Assembly (NCBI RefSeq): GCF_006345805.1
Contig: NC_043000.1
Location: 45,756,001-45,820,000 of the forward strand
Length of the DNA: 64,000 bases
Direction of reading: 5' to 3'
Origin: Octopus sinensis
Lineage: Eukaryota
A model generated the notes under the pieces. That model worked only from the letters and a program-made list of their open reading frames with translations, did not search any database and was not told the origin of the DNA. A program made the position numbers and the translations under genes. Shown in pieces: positions 1 to 12,345 of the stretch (position 1 is its first letter; the number at the start of each line of letters is the position of its first letter).

Positions 1-140
1 TTATTTATTCACATTGTTTTGAATTAATCATGCATTATGTCTTAACTTTGAGATTTTGATGATGCAATTGTTTATTATTAGAATGACATTGATGTATAGG
101 TGTGAGAGGTTGGATATGGCTGGTTTGAACATAAAACAAC

Positions 141-540
141 TTTACTCTTTTACTCTTTCACGTGTTTCAGACATTTGACTGTGGCCATGCTGGAGCACTG
201 CCTTTAGTCGAAGAAATCAACACCAAGACTTATTCTTTGTAAGCCTAATACTTATTCTATCAGTCTCTTTTGCTGAACTGCTAAGTTTCAGGGACATAAA
301 CACACCAACATCAGATGGTGGATGAGGGACAAACACAAACTTAAACACACACTCACATAAATATATATACATATATATATATACACAAAGGGCTTCTTTC
401 AGTTTCCATCTGCCAAATGCATTCACAAGGCTTTGGTTGGCCTGAGGTTTCAGTAGAAGGTGCAATGCAATGGGACTGAACCAGAAACCATGGGGTTGGG
501 AAGCAAACTTTTTAGCACAGAACCACACATCTGCCTGTAT
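141..540 (-). mobile_element. tRNA-headed SINE family A (~400 bp), diverged copy
   Basis: Matches the other family A copies in the window. On the minus strand it has a pol III A/B-box-like head, an internal (CA/TA)n tract and an (AAAAGAGT)n tail, seen as tttactcttttactc at 141. Confidence 0.85.
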
Positions 541-689
541 ATTTAGGCCAGATATGTCTAGTTAAAATGCTAATGGGTTAAATATAGAAAGATGGGTAGA
601 CAAAAGGTGATATTCTAAATGTAATAGCAGGACTAAATTGTATTTATTGCAGCAATATTGGTTTCAAATTTTGGTGCAAGGCCTGCAAA

Positions 690-850
690 TCTGAGGAAGA
701 GGTGAGTCAATTATAGGGAAAACAGTATGCAACTGGTACTTATTTTATCAACCCTGAAAGGAGAAAAAGCAAAGTCAACTGCAGCAAATTTTGACCTCAG
801 ACCATAAGATGTTGGGAAGCAGGTTCCCTGTGTGGCAACAATTCAGCCAG
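690..850 (-). mobile_element. SINE family B, degenerate partial copy
   Basis: aactggtacttattttatcaaccctgaaaggagaaaaagcaaagtcaac is the reverse complement of the family B central block (gtcgactttgcctttcatcctttcggggtcgataaa). Confidence 0.65.
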
Positions 851-1194
851 CTTGCTGCCATAATTATGGATGCAAAATTGACAAGAAATATTTGCTCTCA
901 CAGCAATAGAAAAACCAAGTAATGAGTAAACAAATTTTTTGATTTGTTGTTTATAGAATTTATTAATTTGGTTTCTTACTGTACTTTGTTGTTCAAAAAC
1001 TCTTGAATTTAATAAAAATTCTCTTAAAAATTTGAATTAAACACCATTATATGATTGAATCATGTGATTCACATCACTTTCAGTTACAGAGATCTATCAC
1101 AGTAAAACAATAAGGACAGAAAACGGTTGAGACTAGGTTGACACAGGAATTTTATGCTTTCCACGATAAAAATATGAAATGAATTGCGCATAAT

Positions 1195-1520
1195 CACCAT
1201 CACCATCATTTATGTCTGTTTTCCATGCTAGTATGGGCTAGATTGCTTGACCAGAGCTGGCAAGCTGGAGAGTTGCACCAGGGTCCAGCCTGGTTTGCTT
1301 GGTTTCTATGATTGGATGCCCTTTCTAATGCCAAGTACTTTATAAAGTGCGCTGAGTACTTTATACACTGCACATGCATGTGTGCTTTTTACGTGGTCTG
1401 GCACACCTGCTTTTACATGAACTAGCATGAGGGAATTTGCAAGGCAAAAAACCTTTTCAGCCACAAGAAGAATATTAATAATTCTACTGTAATGGCCAAG
1501 TGTTATTGAGTATAGCAAGG
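1195..1520 (-). mobile_element. RTE-type LINE 3' UTR remnant ending in (GAT)n
   Basis: Shares blocks (ggcattagaaagggcatcc, ggtgccttgct) with the copies at 25520-26180, 43345-44360 and 55920-56135. The 43345 copy is attached to an RT C-terminal remnant. Confidence 0.6.
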
Positions 1521-2027
1521 CACCAAATATTTCACTCCTTTGTAATCTCCTTTGTAAGGCTCCAATGTCCTGAGATTGGCAACAGAAATCATTTGTAAAA
1601 TATCTGAGGATATTTTAGAGAAAGAAAGCGAATAATTCTCACAATATTTGACACTTACTGAAGTGTCAAAATTTAAGCCAAAATACAGCAGAAATTTTGG
1701 TATTTTGCTCTCTCAAGGAACTGAAATTTTTTCACATTCACTGCTAATTTTGAGAAACCAAGTCTACAAACTGGTTAAAATAAAAAAAAATAATAAGTTG
1801 GACAAATAATGCAAAATTTCAAATTTGTAAGCGGTATGATATCAGAGAAATTTATAACATTTCACACTAACAAAATGGAACATTATTGATTCCCCAAAAA
1901 GTAGCTAATAAAATATTCAACATGTGTGAAAGAAAGAAAGATTTTTTCAAGATATTTGCTACTTACTGAAAATGGCTGAAATTTTGCATTTGCAAGAGGA
2001 CCATGTAAATTATGCTTCAATATATTA

Positions 2028-2318
2028 CAGCATCGGTTGTCAAGTGATGTTGGAGGAACAAACACACACACACACACAGACACACACACACAGACACACA
2101 CACACAAACACACACATACACACACACATACACACACACATACACACATGCACACATATATACGGCGGGCTTCTTTCAGTTTCCGTCCACCAAATCCACT
2201 CACAAGGCTTGGTCGGCACATGGCTATAGCAGAAAACACTTGCCCAAGGAGCTTCACAGTAGGACTGAACCCAAAACCATGTGGTGGGAAGCAAGCTACT
2301 TACTATACAGCCACTCAT
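2028..2318 (-). mobile_element. SINE family A, partial copy
   Basis: Same head (gagtggctgtatagtaagtagcttgcttccc on minus) and body as the other copies. Confidence 0.85.
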
Positions 2319-2932
2319 AAAATATATATATATATATGCATGGGTACAGAATGTCATAAAACGTAAAGAACATGAAATATGAAGAAAAATTTGGGTATGC
2401 GAATGAGAGAAACAAATGGAAAACAAGACAAGTAACATAAAGAACGACCCTTCATCAGTTGTCGACTGTCCATCTACTCCTCATTTTGAGCAATTAATGA
2501 CAATATGAGGCTTTGAAAGGCAGTTGCTCCCATGAACCAAAATAAAATTTTAAGTAAACTGTGTTGCAACAACTAGCTATTGGATCCTGATATTGGCAAA
2601 GTGGTATTGTGTGTATGTGTGTGTGTGTGCGTAAGAGAGAGAGAGAGAAGGAGAGAGAGAGTGCATGTATGTGTGCTTGCATGTGTATGTTTGTATGTAG
2701 TTATGTATGCATATTCATTAAATAAGTTTATTTGGAACCTCAACGAGAATAATATTAAATACTCTAAAGAATGTTTTGCATTGGGTATTGCCCTAGTGTA
2801 TAAGGGAGGGAATTTTAGGTGTAATGTATGCCTTGTTGAAATGCTACAGATTCTTAAATATAGCTCTAACCTAATAGATAAGTATAACAAATTATGATTA
2901 TACTGCTCATATATATATAACATGTAAGTATA

Positions 2933-3322
2933 CTCTTTACTCTTTTACTTGTTTCAGTCATTTGACTGCGGCCATGTTGGAGCACCGCCTTTAATCGAGC
3001 AACTCGACCCCAGGACTTATTCTTTTGTAAGCCCAGTATTATTCTATCGGTCTCTTTTTCTGAACTGCTAAGTAACAGGGACATAAACACACCAGCATCG
3101 GTTGTCAAGCAATGCTAGGGGGACAAACACACACACGCATATACATATATACATATATACGACGAGCTTCTTTCAGTTTCCGTCTACCAAATCCACTCAC
3201 AAGGCTTTGGTCAGCCCGAGGTTATAGTAGAAGACACTTGCCCAAGGTGCCACGCAGTGGGACTGAACCCGGAACCATTTGGTTGGTAAACAAGCTACTT
3301 ACCACACAGCCACTCCTGTGCC
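2933..3322 (-). mobile_element. SINE family A, near full-length copy
   Basis: Minus-strand head aggagtggctgtgtggtaagtagc...ggttccgggttcagtccc (A and B boxes), with the AAAAGAGT repeat tail at 2933. Confidence 0.9.
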
Positions 3323-3772
3323 TATATAGTAGAATATTTTTTTTATTTTCCTGCATATATCTCCTAGTTAATTGGGATTCCCTCATAAAAATAGACAAAT
3401 TCAATTTCCTTTCATACTTTGCTATTACCTCTTCATATTGACCAGTCATTCTCAACCACTTTTCATCTACAGACACCTTTTAATTACTATTTTATTCTGG
3501 TGGACCCTTGTAGCCATTCAATGTTTTTAATCAAATTTTATAGATACTTCTTTTTCAAGCTAGGAAGAAATTTACCTGTTTCTTGCTATAAATACATATA
3601 AAACAACATTTTTTTTTAGAGATCTCTTAAATTCTATTGTGGATCTCTAATTTACTGTTTTGCTTATGTGGACCCTAAAACATCTTATCTGGATCCCCAG
3701 GAGTCATATGGATTATGGTTGAGAAACACTGATACAGACCAACAATATAACAATGTACTAAGTAATCAACTG

Positions 3773-4070
3773 TGGAGGCACATGGCCTAGTGGTTAGAGC
3801 AGCGGACTCGTGGTCGAGGGATTGCGGGTTTGAATCTCAGACCAGGCGATGTGTGTGTTTATGAGTGAAACACCTAAGCTCCATGCGGCTCTGGCAGAAG
3901 GTAATGCCGAACTTCTGCTGACTCTTTCGCCACAAATTTCTCTTCTTTCCTCCTGTATCTTGCAGTTCAACTGTGATGAACTGGCGTCCTGTCCAGGTAG
4001 GGAATCTATATGTCATGGAAACCAGGAAATTGGCCCTTATGAGCCAGGCAAAGCTTGAGAAGGAACAAAC
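3773..4070 (+). mobile_element. tRNA-headed SINE family C
   Basis: Head ggaggcacatggcctagtggttagagcagcggactc...gggtttgaatctc has A-box and B-box-like motifs. Homologous heads occur at 33512-33896, 36505 and 52226. Confidence 0.8.
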
Positions 4071-4416
4071 CCGTAATCAAGAAACTAATAGAATTTTTGG
4101 CACTCCTTCCTTAAAAATTTTTGAAATTCACTATAAGTTAATATCATGATTAGTAATTTTCACCACTAATATAATTTTGTTTTTTCTTTTGCAAAAATAT
4201 ATTCTGTTTGATGGAATTTATTTGGTAATTCATAACTTAACTTCTCTTTTAAATATATATTGTGTGTGTGTACATGTATGTATGTATGTGCGTGTATGCT
4301 TGTACGTGTGGGTATATATGTATGCATATGAATGGGCATGTGTATATATATGCATAATTATGTATATGTTTATATGTACGTAGGTATATTTATGTATGTA
4401 TACTTATGTGTATTTG

Positions 4417-4450
<34 letters not shown>

Positions 4451-4539
4451 CGTGTGTGTGTATATGTAGGTGTATGTATGTATATGTATATATATGTATA
4501 TATATATATGTAAACAGTAAAAAATAAATACAGACATGG

Positions 4540-4740
4540 ACAAGAACATGAAACGCCAAAGAGACGACACAAGAACCACAGGACGGGACATTCGAAGCCC
4601 TCAGTCATCAGTCAAGAACCAAATCATCTTCGCAATTTCGGCTGATTAATCTTGAGATTGCTCCGATCTGGGCAGCCCGCCAAGGGAAATCTAAGCCAAG
4701 TGCATTAGATCCCCTGGAAGAAAGCTTCGAATGTATACAA
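4540..4740. repeat. Dispersed non-coding repeat beside (AT)n, possibly Penelope-like
   Basis: Block gcaatttcggctgattaatcttgagattgctccgat recurs at ~44500 and, inverted, at ~50790. Confidence 0.7.
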
Positions 4741-5239
4741 CACGAGGACGGAATATGTATGTGTGTATGTATATATATATACATATGTATATTCGCAAGT
4801 GTATGTATGTGTGTTTGTATGTATATTTATTTTATATGTTTTTTCATGTATATTTATCTATTTATTCCCTCCACCTAACAATAACAAACTGCCTACCTCT
4901 TCTTGACCACCAAAAAGCAATTGTCTTCTAATTTACCTAAAATCCCATCCCATATATCTGTTTCTATTCATTTATTCTATTTATTCATTTATTTATTTTC
5001 TCACTGATTCTTCTCATTTCAAAAAACACTCTGGCTTTTGGACCACTCCCCTAAGAACAATAGCTTGTGCCCTGTTTATCTCCTAAATACCAACCTACCC
5101 AAAAAACGTCCCCCACCATCACTCCATTAAATCTGCCTAAATGCATAAATACCAGAACTTATTTTGACAGCCAGCTTCCTGAAGATTTCATCTGAATGAA
5201 ACACTTCTAGTCCTGTAGAAGTTCCTTCTATAAAATAAA

Positions 5240-5274
<35 letters not shown>

Positions 5275-5469
5275 CAAGAGTATGCATGTATGTGTGTGTA
5301 TATGTATATATATATACATGTATATATATGTGGATGTATGTATATATGTGTGCAGGTGCATGAGTATATATATATATATAAATATATACATATACTTATA
5401 AATGTATATGTGTGTATATGTATATGTATTTATAAAGGTGTGAATGTGTGTAAAAATATGGTATATTTT

Positions 5470-5770
5470 AGGATCTTTTCAGTTTGAAGGCCAGATTTTC
5501 CTAGTTAACTAAACAATTTGAAACTTCGTATACTGGTAGAATGTGTCAAAAGAAAACATAATTGTAAACCAAAATGAAAACGGAATTGTAATTTCTAAGT
5601 TTAACGTTGTTTAATAATTCGAATTTTAACCAATGGTATTCTTTCTTTCGACCTCATATTATTTACTGCCTCTCAAAATATTGTTACTGTGACGTAAACA
5701 GCTATTTTGTGACGTAGTTAACGTAAACATGTAAACAGACCTACAGATTCGTTTGTAACGTAAACATGCG
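5470..5770. mobile_element. Arm of a GGATCTTTT-terminated MITE-like family
   Basis: Starts ggatcttttcagtttgaaggccag. Near-identical to the reverse complement of 22670-22972 and related to 21940-22200 and 53654-54070. Confidence 0.7.
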
Positions 5771-6661
5771 CTCATCGTAAATTCGCTTGGCATCGTACAC
5801 GGCTTTTTCAGTTCCCTAGAATTATATTTGAAAGAAAATAAAAATAAAAAGATTCATACGCATAAATATCCATCCTTAGACATCAGAAAATGAGTGTTTA
5901 AATTATTTTCCATTGTTTGCATTGCTTACACACACACACACATACATACATACATACATACACACACACATACTAAAATTACATCGTTGGAGCAGTAATT
6001 TATGTATGTATTTTTTGTTATACAATTTATTTTAAAGCTGAATCCCTATCCTGCCATTAACCCCTTTCTTATAAAATAGTTGAAGAATCTGGGGTGTAGG
6101 TATTGGGCCAGTATTGGAACTTTTAACTTCTTGCTCTCTATCTTATGATCTCCGAAATTTAAGAATCTTGTGTTAACTGGGCTCTTATTATTTACTCTGA
6201 CTCTGCCACCACCTCAATGCAAAGACTATCAATATCAGAATCATCTTCACAACCACCACTACAACCATTACTACAACCTCCAATGCCACCACCACAACCA
6301 TCTTCTGCAACCACAACCCCAAGATCAATACCAGCATCATATTCAAAATCACCAATTTCACCACCACTACACTCTGCAATGTCTTCAACACTACCATCCA
6401 TGAGACATCCTAACATAATCAATGCTACTACTACTATCCTCATCATTATCCTTATCATCCACTGCCGCCGCCACACCACCACCACCACCTCTACAAAAAT
6501 ACCAACACTATAATTGCTGCCATCATACACATCCACTGTCACCACTACACCACCACTGCCATGATAACCACATCTACCACCTCCAACACCATTGCCACCA
6601 CTATCTATGAGACATCCTAAGTTAGATACTACTTTCACTTTCTAGTTGCTCTTTGAGTTTA

Positions 6662-7057
6662 TCGTTATATATAAACGAGAGGTTGTGTGTCTGTCTCCTA
6701 CGATTTAGATTCCTAACTACTCCCACATTTTGCGGTGCAGTTTAACCAAAACCGGGTATCTTATAGTCGTAATTCATATCGAACCCTTCTGGGTATTAGC
6801 GCGCGTCTACGATGAGTCTACGATTTAAAAAAAATTTACCATCATTTTTTTCCATTTTAATGCATTTTTTCGATATTATATAAGGGAAGTAACTCTCTAA
6901 AAATGTCTACGATGAGTCAACGATTTAAAAAAAAAATTACCATCATTTTTTTCCATTTTTAATGCATTTTTTTGCTATTTTTTTGCTATAACTCTCTAAA
7001 AATGCTTATATAGTTATTTCCCTTACAAACCCGAGCAACGCCGGGCGATACTGCTAG
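6662..7057 (+). mobile_element. Non-autonomous Helitron (~400 bp)
   Basis: 5' TC after A. 3' GC-rich hairpin (cccg agcaacgc cggg) followed by CTAG then T. Internal ~95 bp tandem duplication. Second copy at 10216. Confidence 0.8.
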
Positions 7058-7559
7058 TTATATCTAATCTATCTCTCTAAGAGATGCAAAGCAAGTAGCA
7101 TTAAATGGTGAATGGATGTGAGCAAAAAGAGAGTAAGTTCCATTCCAGTTTACAACAATTATAGAATTATTCTCAAACCATAAATGAAGGGTGGAGAGGA
7201 GTGAAGGAGGAGTCATGTTTCCTCTGAAAGGTTACAGAAGTAATAAGCACTGAAAAGTGGAGTTTGCGTTACTATTTTTGTTTCATAGTTTACAATTATT
7301 TCTACAAATTCATTTTGACTTATCTTCAATCATGTTTATAAACGTGACTGCTGTGCCGTCCACTATAAACATTGATTAATGTCCTATATTTAAGCGGTAG
7401 ACAAACACTTCAGCATATTATTTTTTGTAGAGAGTTGCGAGGGATCATTTCTATGAACGGGGTATCTGTACAACGGATATGACTACATCATTAATTGTGG
7501 AGTCGTTTAAAAACACGATGCAAGATTAAGTCAACATGGAATTTTTGAAACAATCATAA

Positions 7560-7720
7560 ATTGTTCTATATTTTAGAGATGAGGAATTCTGTACAATATT
7601 TACATTTTTTTACATTGGACGGATATTTGTCCTCATCTTGTTTGTTGCTACCACAAAATTTCGGCTGATTTACTCTCCAGCCTTCATCAGGTGTCCTGGT
7701 AGAATTTTAAATCCAACCCT
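7560..7720 (-). mobile_element. Penelope-like terminal-repeat remnant with a hammerhead-like motif
   Basis: Minus strand reads acac CTGATGA a ggctg gagagtaaat cagcc GAAA tttt gtgg. Confidence 0.55.
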
Positions 7721-8147
7721 AGGTTCTAAGGTGCCACGCAGTGTGAATGAACCCGAAACTATGTGGCTGGTATGGCCTGTCAGGGAGTCACCATTGCTTT
7801 CGCGCCTTTTACGTTCTTAGCAGTGGGAGACGTCTATATTGCTAAGAGTATAAAAAGTGTGAAACCAATGGTAACGTCCTGACTGGTCGTAAACCACAAC
7901 TACATTAGATATTACTACGATATATCTAAAAAAACATTTACTTGTCTCAGTCATTCGACATATTCTATCGGTTAATTTCGTCGAACTTCTAAGTTGCGGG
8001 AATGGAAAGGAAGTCAACAAGCACGAAGCTAGCCCCCTCCGGCCAACAAACACGTATATACGACGGGCTTTTTTCAGTTTCCATCGTCCAAATCTATTTG
8101 ACCTAGTGACCAGGCAGCAAACTTCTTGTCACACAGTCACTCCTACG

Positions 8148-8218
<71 letters not shown>

Positions 8219-8852
8219 ATATATACACGTCCCCGTAGCTTAGCGTTTTGGTAAAAGAAACCGATAGAATAAGTGCTAGGGTTCCAAAGAGTAAGTCCTG
8301 GGGTCGATTTCTATAACTAAAAAACCTTCAAACTCTGCTTGTTGTTCTTTCACCTGTCTTCGTCGTTTGTTTTTTTGTAAATTTGAACTACACACACACA
8401 CACGCACACACACATACACACACGCACACACACACACGCACACATATATATAGATAAAAGATTAATGAGTGCGTGCGTTACATAAACAATATCTTCAGGA
8501 TTAAATAAAAAGACAACAAACGGAAAATATGACATATCTCTATATATATAATTAAAAATAAACGTATTGTAAATAAACAAACGAACACATACTAAATGCA
8601 CAGGCGAACAGAAAACACACAAGGTCACAAATTCTTCATCAGTTATCAGCAAAAGGAGTCAAACGCAATTTCGGGCATTATCGATAATATTGTTTCTTTC
8701 GCTGTTCGCAAAAAAGTTCGTATTCCATATTTGCGTATTTCGTATTTCCTGTTGTTTACCTTCTGTGACGTCCTGTACCTATATATGCATATGTATATAC
8801 ATATATATGTAAGTATATACATACACACATACATACATACATGCATGCATAC

Positions 8853-8907
<55 letters not shown>

Positions 8908-10215
8908 CATTATCTATAAACATTACAATTGTTTCGACACATTTTTACACTTGTTCATTGGTGAGATGTTGTGTAATCATTATCACCAATTCAAGGTGTG
9001 AAATGCACCTTCTTTGAGTAAGACTTTATACGAGCTTTATATAGCATACCACAAGGGTTTTACCCGTATATTTACTCGCGTATGTGTGTATATGTATAAA
9101 AGCGGAGCAAGAGTACACACGAAGACAGAAAGTGTCGCTGAAGAGTTCACAGAGGTGTGACGAAAGATTTCCGGACGATAAACATAAATTAGAATAAGAA
9201 CAGTAATAAATGAGTGAAAAGGGAATTATATAGTGCGCCTGTTTATTTGGCAAAAAGATTGAAAAAAATAACTATCTCGAAATACAACAATATCTGTTTC
9301 AACGCACGGTTTCACATCAAGAATCTTGCAGCACACATATATAAAAGGATATATTTACAGAAAACAACAAAAGACGAAGACAGGTGCAGGAATAACAAGC
9401 AGGTGCATTAGTTTGACTGAATATATATAGAGAATACCAAACGAGTTCCCTATGGATACCGTATTTATTACAACGAGTGGCTTGTAAACGAGTTGTAATA
9501 AATACGGTATTCATAGGGAATGAGTTTGGTATTTTATTTATTACACACGAATAAACGACCATATTTTATTAACCCAATAACTAAATTCTTCACGTTTACT
9601 TGTCTCAGTCATTCGACATATTCTATCGGTTAACTTATGAATGACAAAAGTAGTGCCGTCACCGTGACGTCGGGTCATCACCATGGATTGACCAATCAGA
9701 AGCAGCGCTGTCACCGTGACCTCGGGTCATCACCATGGATTGACCAATCAAAAGCAGCGCTCGCAGTATCTGACATATGTTAGACACCAAAAATATCTCA
9801 GTGTTCTCACTCACATGTGTGTAATAAACATATATATATATATATATAAATTAGAAAAAAAACACCTTTTATCAATTCATGATATATACGATTTATTTAT
9901 TATTTTGCACATTACTTAATCATCGGTATATTATTGTTATTTTATATTTAATATTTCTATTATATGTAATTTTCTAGATGGTGTAATTTAATTGTTCATT
10001 TTGAATTGATAAAAGGTGTTTTTTTCTAATTTTATATATATATATATATATATTATATTTTGTGAAATTTGATTTAGTATTTCTAAATTGAATTTTTCCC
10101 TGTAAGTTATGAATAATATTCCCTCAAATTATATTATAATAATATATATAATATATATATATATATAATATATACTGTATATATATGTGTATGTGTGTAT
10201 GCATATATATATATA

Positions 10216-10609
10216 TCTTTATATATAAAAGTGAAGTTGTGTGTCTGTCTCCTACGATTTAGATTCCTAACTACTCCCTCATTTTGCGGTGCAGTGTAAC
10301 CAAAAGCGGGTATCTTATAGTCGTGATTCATATCGAGCCCTTCTGGGTATTAGCGAACGTCTACGATGAGTTTACGATTTAAAAAAAAATTACCATAATT
10401 TTTTCCGCATTTTTAATGCATTTTCGCTCGGTTTATATAAGGGAAGTAACTCTCTAAATGTATTATTAAATCTCAGAATGTAAAAAGCTACAGTAACACC
10501 CCCCTTTGTGGTTAGCCATATTGAGATGGCTATTATACTTTACATCTCTAAAAATGCTTATATAGTTATTTCCCTTACAAACCTGAGCAACGCCGGGCGA
10601 CACTGCTAG
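10216..10609 (+). mobile_element. Non-autonomous Helitron, second copy
   Basis: A|TC start, subterminal hairpin, CTAG|T end. High similarity to 6662-7057. Confidence 0.8.
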
Positions 10610-11435
10610 TATATATATAACAGATTTTGTTGAATTTTCTGCTGCTTAAAATAAAGCATATTACTCTACCACTGGTATTTGAGTACTCTTTTTTCCACCT
10701 TGTTTCACATTTATGTGTTTACTCCGGTATATATATATACTCTTTTATTCTTTTATTTGTTACAGTCATTTGACTTTGGCCATGCTGGAGCACTGCCTTT
10801 AGTCGAGCAAATCGACTCTAGGGATTATTCTTTGTAAGCCTAGTACTTATTCTATCGGTCTGTTTTTTGCCACAACACACACACACATACATACACACAC
10901 ACACACACACATATATATACACATACGCACACACACTCACACACGTATACACACACACACCTTGTTGCTTCTTGGGAGGGTCATTATGCCAATAACGATA
11001 TGGTTACACATCTGACCAGCTTCGTAATCGATCGTTTGTTTAACGTGCTGGTTAAACAATCAAAGTTTTATTTCTTCGTGAAAGTCCGTTCGTCGCTATT
11101 TTTCGCGACCTTTTCAATAGCTTATCCTTTCTCTTCAACGTCTGCCCTGAATTTGGCCGCGAATTAATCTTATGTCTGCGTGCATGCATGCCTTTCTATA
11201 TGTGTGTAGATGTGTGTTTGCTTAGAAGAATAAGGGTGAGAGGAAAGGAGATTATGTGCGTGCGTGCTAGTTTGTATGTGTGTGTGTGTGTGTGCGTATG
11301 TGTGTGGTTGTGTGTACACTCGTGTGACTACTTGCATGTGTATGTGTACGTGCGTGTTAGTGTGTGTAGCCATCCATGACTAGGTATGTGTATGTATAAC
11401 TGTGTCTATATACGCACATAGATTTATATGCAAGA

Positions 11436-11666
11436 GGCGGCGAGCTGGCAGAAGCGTTAGCACGCCGGGCGAAATGCTTAGTAGTATTTCGTCTGCCGCT
11501 ACGTTCTGAGTTCAAATTCCGCCGAGGTCGACTTTGCCTTTCATCCTCTCGGGGTCGATAAATAAAGTACCAGTTTCGCACTGAGTCGATGTAATCGACT
11601 TAATCCGTTTGTCTGTCCTTGTTTGTCCCCTCTATGTTTAGCCCCTTGTAGGTAGCAAAAGAAATA
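11436..11666 (+). mobile_element. SINE family B (~230 bp), full-length
   Basis: Head ggcggcgagctggcagaagcgttagc with B box gagttcaaattcc. Central block gtcgactttgcctttcatcc. Tail gtcccctctatgtttagccccttgtaggtagcaaaagaaata. Confidence 0.9.
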
Positions 11667-11689
11667 TATATCATGTATATATGTGAATA

Positions 11690-12145
11690 GAAGCAGGCGT
11701 GGCTGTGTTGTAAGCCGTTCCGGGTTCAGTCCAGCTGCGTGGCACTTTGAACGGATGTTTCTACTATAGCCCTGGGTCGACTAAACCCTTGTGAGTAGAT
11801 TTGGTTGACGGAATCTGAAAAAGCTCGTCATATATGTGTTTATCAATATTTAGCAGAAGCAACAGAGTGACTCGAGGGGCGAGAGTTTCGTTCATTGACA
11901 CTTGTCAAGCTACACACACACAACACACACACACACACACACACTCACACTCACACACACACACACATACATATGCATGAGTGGCTGTGTGGTAAGTAGC
12001 CTGCTTACCAACCACATGGTTCTGGGTTCAGCCCCATTGCGTGACGCCTTGGTCTTCTACTAGAGCCTCAGGCCAACCGAAGCCTTGTGAGTGAATTTGG
12101 TAGACGGAAACTGTGTGTGTGTTTGTGTTTGTCCCCCCGATGGTG
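11690..12145 (+). mobile_element. Two 5'-half copies of SINE family A (11690-11850, 11976-12145)
   Basis: Two heads (gcgtggctgtgttgtaag; gagtggctgtgtggtaagtagc) separated by (CA)n. Confidence 0.8.
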
Positions 12146-12345
12146 GCATGTATATACATAATATTATTGTTCTTTCTTGCGAAATATATAGAATTACTTT
12201 AAAGAAGTGTTCGGGTCGAAACAAGTAAAAGAATAAAAGAAAGAAAAGAAAGACTATATATATATATATATATATGTACATTTTTACTTTTATATACATA
12301 TTTATATTTATTGCATATCTTTTACTTTTTTATATTTATATATAT

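Noticed and set aside
3773-3850. Possible tRNA genes at SINE heads (also 33820-33896, 36505, 48590)
   Set aside because: A/B boxes are present but no complete cloverleaf could be built, and each continues into a multi-copy SINE body.
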